A stretch of 64,000 bases of DNA. Origin: a virus (taxonomy: Duplodnaviria > Heunggongvirae > Uroviricota > Caudoviricetes). The notes beneath the pieces were generated by a model. That model was not told where the DNA came from. It was given only the letters and a program-made list of their open reading frames with translations, and did no database searches. A program made the translations under genes and the position numbers. Below, piece after piece: positions 39,823 to 48,261 of this stretch. The stretch is taken from positions 69,753-133,752 of the IMG/VR virus record IMGVR_UViG_3300031963_000024; one strand, 5' to 3'. Position 1 is the first letter of the stretch; each line of letters opens with the position of its first letter.

Positions 39823-40661
39823 TCCCATAACATCCATCGTTCCGTTTTTGGTTTGTGTTCGTGGAATGTGTGACCCAAACTTTCAATCATTTGTTTTACC
39901 ATCTCAATCGCTGTGAACACATCCTCAATAACAACATACTCATTGGCTGTGTGGTAGTTGTAATAACCACAAGATACATTTAAACAAGCAATGTTGAATT
40001 TTGATGCAATTTGTGAAACGTCAGTGTACGGGTGTTTCATCAATTCATGTTTTTCACCAAAATGTTCATTAAGAAGTGGTCCAACCTTTTCAAAGAAAGG
40101 AGAGTTACGGTCAAAAAGTTTTACACCCCAACAATATTCAGTTACCATCCAAGATTCGGGAGCATCAAACTGAATACAGTAACCAACATTAGAGAAAAAC
40201 TCAGGACTTGCTTTTCGTGAACCGTGACAACCTGTTTCTTCAGATACAAAGAAAGCCGCTTTAATAACGGGGAGTTGTTCAAGGACATCTAAACATGAAT
40301 AGACACCACATTTGTCATCACCACCAATTCCAACAGGGTTACCTGTAACTGCGTGATAAGCCTTAAAGGAATCTTTTAGTTCCCCATGTACGTTTGGGAG
40401 TTGTTCTTCCTCTACAACCATTTCAGTGATTGAGTGGACGGTGTCAGTATGTGCAATAACACATGGATAGACATCTGCCTCACCTTTTGTAACATAAACG
40501 TTACCATACTGGTCAATTGTGTGGTCGTATCCTTTTTCAGTAAAATACTTGTCAAGATACTCAATCATAAGAGTTTCTTGGTAAGTTTTAGTCGGAATAG
40601 AAAGGACTTCTTTTAGGTGTTGAATTTTTTCTGGAGTCATTTGACTACAAAGATACAACAA
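39819..40661 (-). CDS. M20/M28/M42-family zinc metallopeptidase-like protein
   Basis: Metal-ligand motifs VIAHTDTVH, GGDDKCGV and SEETGCHG. Confidence 0.45.
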   Translation of the reverse strand: MLYLCSQMTPEKIQHLKEVLSIPTKTYQETLMIEYLDKYFTEKGYDHTIDQYGNVYVTKGEADVYPCVIAHTDTVHSITEMVVEEEQLPNVHGELKDSFKAYHAVTGNPVGIGGDDKCGVYSCLDVLEQLPVIKAAFFVSEETGCHGSRKASPEFFSNVGYCIQFDAPESWMVTEYCWGVKLFDRNSPFFEKVGPLLNEHFGEKHELMKHPYTDVSQIASKFNIACLNVSCGYYNYHTANEYVVIEDVFTAIEMVKQMIESLGHTFHEHKPKTERWMLWD

Positions 40662-40666
40662 ATATT

Positions 40667-42817
40667 TTAAATTTCAAAAAGTTGATAATTTTTTAACAAA
40701 GAAATTAGTTGTTCAAAAGTTAATGTATATTTTTTAACTTTTGCCGAGTATCCAATATTTTTTTGTATTTTCACGGTTATTGTATTATCAGGTTCCACAC
40801 CAACAATTATAATCTGTGTGTCTTTTAAAGTTGGTATGTCTTTTTTAACATTAAAACCAATCTTATCAACAATGTATGATACTATTTTTTGATATTCTTG
40901 GATATCATCAAATGCGCCATCTTCTTCATCAAATAAGTTTTCATATAATTCATCTAACAATTTTTCGGATTCAGAATTAAACCTTGCGTCAAAAGTATCA
41001 TCATCTTTGTATTCATAATAATTATCAAAAATATCACTTACCGAGATTTCTTCATCAATCGCAGCAGTAATAACGGCTCTAATTGATTTTTGTGGTGAAC
41101 CATATTTTTCATAAAGTGACAACATATTGTCAACCGATGTATAATATTTACGAAAACAAACTTTAGATTCAACACCAATTGGTTCTAAAACATTACAATA
41201 TTCATCATTAACCGCAGCTTCAATTCCAACTGTATACGCATCATTAGTAGCATATTCATATTCTTCCGTCATTTTTTCTTTAAACCAATTGTGTGCGTTT
41301 AAAATTTCAGCACATTTAGAATAATAATCACTCCTATAATTTTTCATCAATTCATCTTTTTGTTGAAATAATTGTGGTGAAATGAGAGTGATAATATTAT
41401 CTAATTTTTCTTTATTTTCTTGATTTAAAGATGTTAAAACATAACCTTCCTTCCAATCTTCCTCGGCAGTATATGAATCAACCCATTCAGTTTGTCTACC
41501 ATAACTATTACCCGCAAATGACTCTAACTGTGATATTGTGTATTCGTATAGTTGATGTTTAAATAATTTAAAATAATCTTCAGGGTCAAAAAATAACATA
41601 ACATTTCCATCAACAATTTCAAAAGTTTCTTCACCACTTGTAATATTAAACGATGCGTCAATTTTATCTTTTTTATAGTTAAGTAATGTTTGATAATCAG
41701 TTCCACCAATGTTTAAAATGTTACTTAATATTTCGTCCATTCCTGGCATTGATGCGTATAACACATCAAAATTTGAACGATTGTCTTGTTGGTCCCATAC
41801 TTCAGGTTTTCCACTTTCAGGTATTCTAATGGCAAATTTTGAATTTCTAATGTTGGTTCCTTTTTTATTGATTACATAAACAAATTTTGAATTTCTAGTG
41901 TAATCGTCAAAGTATCTTGAACTATCTCTTGATGAAACACACCATTTTGTTTCCGCACCATAAACACAAGATGCTTGGTAAGTCATTGGTTGAACAATCA
42001 AATATTTTTGGTCTTCGTATAATTTTCTTGACTCATTCTTGGCTTTTTTAATTTCATCTGTTGTATATGTTCTATTTTTGATTTGACGAAAAAACTCTCT
42101 CATCGCATTTATATCTGGATATGCGTTGATGTCTTTTGGTGATTTAACAATTTTATTATACGACGAACCAAAATTTTCTAAATCACCTCTCTTCAATCTA
42201 TTTGCAAATTCTTCGGTGTCTTTTTTGGAAACTCTTCTATCAATAAAAATCATTATGTCACTAACCTGAGACATTGAATTTAACAAATTAATCCAATCAA
42301 GTTTTTTAATTTCTCTTGCCTGTGATATTACCCAAGGCAAATACTTTTTTGTTGAACTTTCATCACGAGCCCAAAGTGAATCAAATATTTCTTTTTTTAA
42401 ATTTTCATTATCAACATCTTTTCCCCAATCAATATCCAAACTTTTAAAGTCATTATATAAATCAGTTTGTTTATCTTCTCTTAATAACCCCTCAAATAAC
42501 GTTCTTAGGTCCTCTGAAGGACCGTTAAGCATCACGTCAATATAATGTGACGTTTCCTCAGGTTTATCTTCAACACTACCAAGATATTCACTTTTACCAT
42601 TATACTCACAATAAATTCCACCTTCAGGTGTTATGGTTAATGTAAATGTTAATCCGTCACCTTCAATAACATATTGTTCAGTTCCAACATCAGTGTTATC
42701 ATCATATGTACAAGTAATTCTTTCTGTTGGGAAATCAAATTTTCCCAAAATCTCTTGTATTTTAGTAATATAAGAAAAATATGAAGCTGGTTGTCCGAAA
42801 TAACTTATTTGTTCCAT
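40667..42817 (-). CDS. Hypothetical large protein
   Basis: 716-aa ORF. Confidence 0.4.
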   Translation of the reverse strand: MEQISYFGQPASYFSYITKIQEILGKFDFPTERITCTYDDNTDVGTEQYVIEGDGLTFTLTITPEGGIYCEYNGKSEYLGSVEDKPEETSHYIDVMLNGPSEDLRTLFEGLLREDKQTDLYNDFKSLDIDWGKDVDNENLKKEIFDSLWARDESSTKKYLPWVISQAREIKKLDWINLLNSMSQVSDIMIFIDRRVSKKDTEEFANRLKRGDLENFGSSYNKIVKSPKDINAYPDINAMREFFRQIKNRTYTTDEIKKAKNESRKLYEDQKYLIVQPMTYQASCVYGAETKWCVSSRDSSRYFDDYTRNSKFVYVINKKGTNIRNSKFAIRIPESGKPEVWDQQDNRSNFDVLYASMPGMDEILSNILNIGGTDYQTLLNYKKDKIDASFNITSGEETFEIVDGNVMLFFDPEDYFKLFKHQLYEYTISQLESFAGNSYGRQTEWVDSYTAEEDWKEGYVLTSLNQENKEKLDNIITLISPQLFQQKDELMKNYRSDYYSKCAEILNAHNWFKEKMTEEYEYATNDAYTVGIEAAVNDEYCNVLEPIGVESKVCFRKYYTSVDNMLSLYEKYGSPQKSIRAVITAAIDEEISVSDIFDNYYEYKDDDTFDARFNSESEKLLDELYENLFDEEDGAFDDIQEYQKIVSYIVDKIGFNVKKDIPTLKDTQIIIVGVEPDNTITVKIQKNIGYSAKVKKYTLTFEQLISLLKNYQLFEI

Positions 42818-42858
42818 TATAAATAAATACTTTGATTTGGCACTTTGAGATAATATTT

Positions 42859-42866
42859 ATATCTTT
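42859..42866 (+). promoter_or_regulatory. Sigma-A-type -7 element (TATCTTTGTAT) driving the ncRNA candidate
   Basis: TTTATATCTTTGTATAAC, a match to the recurrent motif. Confidence 0.55.
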
Positions 42867-42871
42867 GTATA

Positions 42872-43404
42872 ACAAATCACGGGTGACTCCCTTAATAGTT
42901 AAGGCTGACCTTAAGCATCTGACGCAAGTCTATACAGGGGGCGAAAGTGATTTTAATGTTCTTTGAAAATATGGGGGTGAAATAGAATCGATTGGCGTGG
43001 CTAGTCAATGGATGCACGTATGAGCTGAGTTAACTCATTAAAAACTGATTTAAAAAATTAAACGGCAACGTTTTGAACAAAATGGCAGCTATCGGTTTAA
43101 TCCGTGAAGATGCTTCTGTATTAGCTTAATTGTTAATACAACACAGGTCGGGAGACATATAACCTAGGAACAGAAGTCTTGAAAGATGTGGTTTCTATCT
43201 TAAAAGGAACAAACAGGGTGTAGGACATCCTTTAAGTTCTACCACCGTGGCTGAACGGTGTGAAAATTCAGATATTTTGGATTGTTAGAAAACAATAACC
43301 TAAACGTGTAGTATCTTTTGGTTGGGACGAACAAGACCGCAGGGCGGTACTGCGCACTTCCACTAAACAAATTAAAGTGGTCTAATTTGACCACTTTTTT
43401 TTTT
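42872..43404 (+). ncRNA. Large structured ncRNA candidate (~530 nt), unclassified
   Basis: No ORF of 60 aa or more on either strand over ~600 nt in an otherwise tightly packed genome. GC content is visibly higher than the flanks. Multiple local and long-range helices are present (AAATCAC...GTGATTT; CACCG-TGGCTGAA-CGGTG; CGCAG-GGCGGTA-CTGCG). It is bounded by an upstream promoter motif and a strong terminator. Confidence 0.5.
43376..43404 (+). terminator. Rho-independent terminator
   Basis: GTGGTC-TAATTT-GACCAC followed by T10. Confidence 0.75.
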
Positions 43405-43424
43405 GTAAATTAAAAAAATTGTCG

Positions 43425-43432
43425 TATCTTTG
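43425..43432 (+). promoter_or_regulatory. Sigma-A-type -7 element (TATCTTTGTAT), TTTG about 20 nt upstream as a possible -33
   Basis: GTCGTATCTTTGTATTG. A TTTG at ~43402 gives the Bacteroidetes -33/-7 spacing. Confidence 0.55.
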
Positions 43433-43452
43433 TATTGTTAATCACTACCACT

Positions 43453-44193
43453 ATGACAAACACAACCACTAAACTCAACGCCAAAATCAGAAACTACAAC
43501 GGTCAAAATGACTTCGTTCGCAAAATGAAACAAGTAGTATTCCAATACGGAGGACTAACTGAAAAACAAGCCCAAGCAGCTGAAAAAGCATTGGCCGAAC
43601 CAACAAAAGTTGAGACACGTTTCCTACCTGACAATATGAGAAAAATCGCTGACTACTCAGGTGAAAACACCTTCGTGTTGGATGTAAAAGGTAAGTTCCT
43701 TAAATACGGTACTTTGTCAGACGCACAAGTATCTGCAGCAAACAAACAAATCCAAAAAGAAAATGACGACAAAAACCGAATGGACGTGAACATTGACGTA
43801 ATCGGTGAAACAATCGTGGTAGGTCGTAACACAGGTGAGGACTTGAAAAAACAAAAAGGTTTGAACTTCAACCCACTTTTGTTGGACATCACTGAGGTTG
43901 TTACCTTGACTGCAAAAGCGGTAAAATTCAAAGGTAAATTGACAACCAAAAACTGTGGTGTCTGCAAATCATGTGGTCGTACCTTGACCGATGAGTTCTC
44001 TCGTCTAACAGGATACGGTAAGACATGTGCAAAACACTTGAGAGTTGAGTACATCAAAGACAAGTCTGAAGTTGAACGTTTCAACCAAGATGTACTTGCA
44101 AGAATTGAAGAGATTGGTGAAATGGAATTTTGGGTTCCTCGTCGTCAAATCAAAGTGTGGAACGGAGTTTCAGCAATGTTGTTGAAATTCTAA
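43453..44193 (+). CDS. Hypothetical highly-expressed early protein with internal duplication and C-terminal CxxC...CxxC/H zinc ribbon
   Basis: The ORF track starts at 43435, but the -7 element ends at 43432, so the start is more likely the ATG at 43453 (near-leaderless). Codon usage is sharply different from its neighbours (ttc, aac, gac, tac, atc, cgt), like the capsid gene. Duplicated ~27-aa module (FVRKMKQVVFQYGGLTEKQAQAAEKAL / FVLDVKGKFLKYGTLSDAQVSAANKQI). Zinc-ribbon motif CGVCKSCGR...CAKH. Confidence 0.55.
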   Translation: MTNTTTKLNAKIRNYNGQNDFVRKMKQVVFQYGGLTEKQAQAAEKALAEPTKVETRFLPDNMRKIADYSGENTFVLDVKGKFLKYGTLSDAQVSAANKQIQKENDDKNRMDVNIDVIGETIVVGRNTGEDLKKQKGLNFNPLLLDITEVVTLTAKAVKFKGKLTTKNCGVCKSCGRTLTDEFSRLTGYGKTCAKHLRVEYIKDKSEVERFNQDVLARIEEIGEMEFWVPRRQIKVWNGVSAMLLKF

Positions 44194-44205
44194 TAAACAA
44201 AAACC

Positions 44206-44241
44206 GATAAGTGTTTGATACTTCGGTATCAAATACTTATC
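44206..44241 (+). other. Perfect 16-bp stem-loop with UUCG tetraloop (processing/stability element or U-tract-less terminator)
   Basis: GATAAGTGTTTGATAC-TTCG-GTATCAAATACTTATC with one G.U pair. No trailing U-tract. Confidence 0.5.
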
Positions 44242-44255
44242 ATTACACAAAGTAT

Positions 44256-44765
44256 ATGGAAAAAGTATTAGTATTAAACAGCGATTACACACCCTTGAAC
44301 GTAACAACAATGCGTAGAGGATTTGTATTGGTTGATAAAGGTAAAGCTGAGGTATTGAAGAAGGATGAGAATCCCATTATTACCACTATTGGTAACTTTG
44401 TAAGACCTATCATCATTAGATTGCTCAGTTATATCAGAATTAAGAAAAACGCTAAAGATATCAAGATTTCCCGTTCACGAGTTTATCAAAGGGACGATTA
44501 TGCTTGTGTATATTGTGGAGGATTAAAGAAATTAACGATTGACCATGTCATACCAAAATCTCGTGGTGGTGATAACACTTGGGAAAACATGGTCACTTGT
44601 TGTTTTGATTGTAACTCAAGGAAGGGGAGTAAGACACCTGAAGAGGCTGGTCTGAAATTTAGGGTTCGTCCTTATAGACCCTCCGTTTTTTCTGAATTGG
44701 TTGCAGGTCGTGCCGCACATATTTGGGAAGAGTTTCAACAAGACTTCTTTAGTTATCCAAAATAA
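44256..44765 (+). CDS. HNH endonuclease (McrA-like)
   Basis: Start moved to MEKVLVLN (ATG at 44256), downstream of the hairpin. HNH motif YACVYCGG...LTIDHVIPKSRGGDNTWENMVTCCFDCNSRKG. Confidence 0.85.
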   Translation: MEKVLVLNSDYTPLNVTTMRRGFVLVDKGKAEVLKKDENPIITTIGNFVRPIIIRLLSYIRIKKNAKDIKISRSRVYQRDDYACVYCGGLKKLTIDHVIPKSRGGDNTWENMVTCCFDCNSRKGSKTPEEAGLKFRVRPYRPSVFSELVAGRAAHIWEEFQQDFFSYPK

Positions 44766-44770
44766 TTTCT

Positions 44771-44778
44771 TATCTTTG
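44771..44778 (+). promoter_or_regulatory. Sigma-A-type -7 element (TATCTTTGTAT) upstream of tRNA-Leu
   Basis: TTCTTATCTTTGTATAAG. The predicted TSS falls a few nt before the tRNA 5' end. Confidence 0.55.
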
Positions 44779-44792
44779 TATAAGAAATAATT

Positions 44793-44878
44793 GCTTGGGT
44801 GGCGGAATAGGTAGACGCGCTGGACTTAAAATCCAGTGAACAGTAATGTTCGTACGGGTTCGATTCCCGTCTCAAGTA
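44793..44878 (+). tRNA. tRNA-Leu (anticodon UAA), type II with long variable arm
   Basis: Acceptor GCTTGGG/CTCAAGT (two G.U pairs). D-arm GCGG-AATAGGTAGA-CGC. Anticodon arm CTGGA-CTTAAAA-TCCAG. Long variable arm. T-arm ACGGG-TTCGATT-CCCGT. Discriminator A. No encoded CCA. Confidence 0.8.
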
Positions 44879-44887
44879 CTAAAAGAA

Positions 44888-44910
44888 AAAGGTGTCTCAC
44901 GACACCTTTT
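44888..44910 (+). terminator. Rho-independent terminator after tRNA
   Basis: AAGGTGTC-TCAC-GACACCTTTTCTT. Confidence 0.7.
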
Positions 44911-44949
44911 CTTAGATTTAGGACCCCTCCTTTCAATTAAATGTTTATC

Positions 44950-45588
44950 CTATATGGAATTCCGAATCTCTTCGGCTTTAGCATCCATTTTATCGGACAC
45001 CTTTTTGAGTTCTGAACAAATTTCTCCCATCATTTTATCTTGTAAATCTCTGTGGAAATTATCATCACCCATGATTGTTTGAACTGAAGATTTAAATACC
45101 TGACCTGTTTTTGACCCTAATTCGGTATCAATCCCTGTTGCCAAGATATTATCACCAAAACCTTGTATCATTCCTTTAGACACTTTGTCTGTTAAAAATC
45201 TACAATCAGAAAAAAGTTTTGGAACATCTTCATCACTTACATTTTCAATTTCTACTTTTACTGCATTTCTTACCCAACCATCAAATTCCATTTTATCTGA
45301 AATCCAATCGGCCAATCTTGATTTAACTGTTCCAAAAAACTCACTATCAAAATCACCAAACAAACCTTGTAACATATTGAACAAAGATTCGTTAATTAGT
45401 TTATTTGAAAAGTTTTTGTTTTGGAATGTATTAACTTTATGTATGGTAGTCTCAATTAGAGAATCTATATCAGAACAATTTTTTAAAGTTCCAAAATGAC
45501 CATCAAGTATTTTACTCTCAATCACCAAAGAATTTTTGTTCTGTTTTTCTTCTAATAAAGCCCCACGCAATTTATTTCTAAGATTCAT
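44950..45588 (-). CDS. Hypothetical protein
   Basis: 212-aa ORF. Confidence 0.4.
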   Translation of the reverse strand: MNLRNKLRGALLEEKQNKNSLVIESKILDGHFGTLKNCSDIDSLIETTIHKVNTFQNKNFSNKLINESLFNMLQGLFGDFDSEFFGTVKSRLADWISDKMEFDGWVRNAVKVEIENVSDEDVPKLFSDCRFLTDKVSKGMIQGFGDNILATGIDTELGSKTGQVFKSSVQTIMGDDNFHRDLQDKMMGEICSELKKVSDKMDAKAEEIRNSI

Positions 45589-45610
45589 AACTATAAATAT
45601 ATGGTTGTAA

Positions 45611-46915
45611 TTAAATATCCAAATAATATGGACTATCTTTATCTTGTTGGATTCTAAATCTCTGTGAAATTAATGTATCTAACTTAGCTCTGTCTTTTAA
45701 ATCAGAAGATTTCTGACAATATAATATTTTGTCTTTAATTGGTCTTAATTGTGCGTCAGTTATATTTGGCGCTTGGTTTACCTTTTTCAATCTTCTGTAA
45801 TTTAATGCTTGTTCGGAATAATAATCAAACAATGATTTACAAGTTGCGTAAGCAGGTATACCAGTACCAACAGCATTTGCGTAATCATTTAAATACTTTA
45901 ACTCAATTGGTGTTGATGTTGTAGTATTTGTTGGTGGTGCAGTTGTTTTTTGTCCCGAAGATGAGACACACAACTTTTTGTATTGTTCAATACTACATAT
46001 TAATTCTTTACTGATATTACCATTGGTATTATCTAATCCGTTTTTACCTTTATAATCAATTATAAACTTATCAAAATCATCAGTAAAATAAGGTGTACTA
46101 TCTTTTGTATAACCTAAAGCTTTTTTAATTCTGGCAACTGTATCGCTTTTTTCTCCCCTTATTACTTCATCACCACCACCAATTACTGATGTAATTATTT
46201 TACCTGAAGCGTTTTTGTAGTTGTCATCTTCAGTTTGTTTTTTTGGAATGCCATTAACAACATTAACAACAACTATTTTTGATGCTTGTTCTAAAATTTG
46301 TGATAAACCACTACTTCTTTTTAATTGAATTCCCTCATATAATGTTAAGTAGTTTTGTAGACTTGGTAAATGAAGGTCAATTTTACTTTGTATATCTTCA
46401 TCTGTTTTATATTTAGAAATATTTTTACCATATAACGATAAAATTGCTCCAACATATGAAGTTTCTTCATTAAAGTTTTTACTTAAAAAATGTTTAATTT
46501 TATTACTTACTTGTTGATTGTATTCTAAATTGAATTTTTCATTATTAACTGATAAAAAATTTACTGATTCATTAAATTTATCAAATATTTCTTTTGCTTT
46601 GTCTACGGTTTCTGATTGTTGTGCTGCACCACCACCTGACGTTAAAGATTGTTGATACTCATTACCATACTTTTGGTATGCAGTTCTAATTGTATTATTG
46701 TTAAATGGTCCTGTCGCTGATAAATTTATTTGCGTTGCATATGCCGCATCAGTTTGTCTAACCCACGCTCTAAACGCATCACCTTCAGCTTGTGTTTTAA
46801 ACGGTGTTGAAGGTAATTGGGTACCTCCTGAATTCTCACCTGTGTTAGTGTTAGTTTTTTGAGGTTTACCAGTTTTTTTTGGTTTGTCTTCTAATAATAT
46901 TTTTTCTAATCCCAT
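45611..46915 (-). CDS. Hypothetical protein (possible virion component)
   Basis: 434-aa ORF in a block of large minus-strand ORFs. Confidence 0.4.
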   Translation of the reverse strand: MGLEKILLEDKPKKTGKPQKTNTNTGENSGGTQLPSTPFKTQAEGDAFRAWVRQTDAAYATQINLSATGPFNNNTIRTAYQKYGNEYQQSLTSGGGAAQQSETVDKAKEIFDKFNESVNFLSVNNEKFNLEYNQQVSNKIKHFLSKNFNEETSYVGAILSLYGKNISKYKTDEDIQSKIDLHLPSLQNYLTLYEGIQLKRSSGLSQILEQASKIVVVNVVNGIPKKQTEDDNYKNASGKIITSVIGGGDEVIRGEKSDTVARIKKALGYTKDSTPYFTDDFDKFIIDYKGKNGLDNTNGNISKELICSIEQYKKLCVSSSGQKTTAPPTNTTTSTPIELKYLNDYANAVGTGIPAYATCKSLFDYYSEQALNYRRLKKVNQAPNITDAQLRPIKDKILYCQKSSDLKDRAKLDTLISQRFRIQQDKDSPYYLDI

Positions 46916-46920
46916 GATAA

Positions 46921-48243
46921 TTATTGTTCAAGATATTTAAAACTGTTGCCGTCCTCAGTGTATTTATAATCAACACCATTTACATCTGTTACAATATAAA
47001 CATTACCTTCTTTATTGAATTTTTCTTTACCAGTGTAGTCAGCTCCCCAATCTTTTTTAATAAATTCTTTAAAATTAAATAATGGGTCAACCTTCTGTAT
47101 TTGTTTTTTACCTTTATCCCACAATTTATTAGCCGATTCCATTGAAATGTTTTCAGATAGCATATCTTTGGTATCCGATAAGAATGTTGCTGGTAACCAA
47201 AGTGGTGTGTAAAAAAACTTCATACCAATTTTACTTATAAAGTATTCTTGCCATTCAGTTAAAGCAACTTCTTTTTGGGTGTCAGTCATTGTTTCCCATT
47301 CAGGATACTTGGTGTTAACCCATTTTGTAAAAAGTGCATCTTTAATTCTTAAACTCTGAATTATTGAGTATCCGCTAATTACTAACCCGATTGTAAAATA
47401 CCACTGTAGTACTCCTGTCAATTTATTACCTTCAAATTTATAATTTTTCAAAAACTTAGTTATCCATGATGTTTTATAATTTGCTGGTAACTCATCATAA
47501 ATTTTTTGAATATCATTGGTTAAATATGTTAAAACATTTTCATATGTGGGTTCGTTAACATTTTTAACAATTTTATTATATAAACCATCTAAAAACTCTT
47601 GAGCATTTCTTTTTTTAGTTATTGCATTAAATTGGTCTTTTGTATTTGGGTCGGTAAGTAATTCAACTAAAGCATCATCTGCGTTTTTAGTTATTGTATT
47701 TTTACCAACTTTGATTTCTTCGTATACCCAATTAAATATTTTTTTCTGTGTTAGAATAGATGGGTCAGTTAAAAGTGAGTTTGTAATTTTTTTAATATTT
47801 ACTATGTCTTCTATACCTACTTTTTTCAAAAATAATTTAAAGTCATCGTATTCTAGAGCTCCTAAATCTTTAAGTAATGGTTTGTTTATTAATAAATTAT
47901 CAACAAAAGTTTTTTCTAATTTAGTATTGCTATTTATTAATTTTAAAAATTTTGATATTGCGTCTTCTTTAGTTGAAGTAGCTAATTCAGAAACTATTTT
48001 ACTAGCTCTTGCAAATTCATCATCAACATTTGTTATATTTTTACCTAAATTAGGAAACTCAGTCAAAAAATCATCAATTGAATTTGCGAACACATTTTTT
48101 TCGGCTCTTGAAAATGTTTTAATTCCTGATAGTACGTTATCTAATACACTTAAAACTGTTGGGAGTAATCCTTCAGCTTCCGTTATCAACATCAATTCTC
48201 TATATCTTTTGATTTCACTAATAATATTTTGTTTCATAATCAT
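46921..48243 (-). CDS. Hypothetical protein
   Basis: 440-aa ORF. Confidence 0.4.
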   Translation of the reverse strand: MIMKQNIISEIKRYRELMLITEAEGLLPTVLSVLDNVLSGIKTFSRAEKNVFANSIDDFLTEFPNLGKNITNVDDEFARASKIVSELATSTKEDAISKFLKLINSNTKLEKTFVDNLLINKPLLKDLGALEYDDFKLFLKKVGIEDIVNIKKITNSLLTDPSILTQKKIFNWVYEEIKVGKNTITKNADDALVELLTDPNTKDQFNAITKKRNAQEFLDGLYNKIVKNVNEPTYENVLTYLTNDIQKIYDELPANYKTSWITKFLKNYKFEGNKLTGVLQWYFTIGLVISGYSIIQSLRIKDALFTKWVNTKYPEWETMTDTQKEVALTEWQEYFISKIGMKFFYTPLWLPATFLSDTKDMLSENISMESANKLWDKGKKQIQKVDPLFNFKEFIKKDWGADYTGKEKFNKEGNVYIVTDVNGVDYKYTEDGNSFKYLEQ

Positions 48244-48261
48244 ATAAATATATTGTAAAAG

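Noticed and set aside
491-40616. Numerous 60-110-aa ORFs antisense to or nested within large genes (e.g. 491-706-, 1358-1540-, 22373-22615+, 24885-25196+, 33322-33589+, 35160-35802+, 38162-38995-, 54642-55616-)
   Set aside because: These are shadow ORFs inside strongly supported coding regions on the opposite strand or another frame. Their compositions are atypical (Cys/Ser/Leu-rich), and none has a start context.
42960-43130. tmRNA (ssrA) interpretation of the ncRNA region (GGGGGUGAAAUAGAAUCGAUUGG 5' end; short ORF ending ASVLA-UAA)
   Set aside because: There is no tRNA-like T-arm (GGUUCGAAUCC), no 3' acceptor partner and no CCA. The tag does not resemble Bacteroidetes ANDENYALAA-type tags. 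It is kept only as a generic large-ncRNA candidate.
42870-43410. Group I/II intron or RNase P RNA
   Set aside because: It lies in an intergenic position with its own promoter and terminator, not within an exon context. P4 (GGAAAGUCCGGGCUCC...ACAGAAnCCGGCUUA), group II domain V and group I P7 signatures are all absent.
44846-45082. 78-aa + strand ORF
   Set aside because: It overlaps the tRNA-Leu 3' half and its terminator hairpin. It has no upstream signal, so it is an artefact of the tRNA/terminator sequence.
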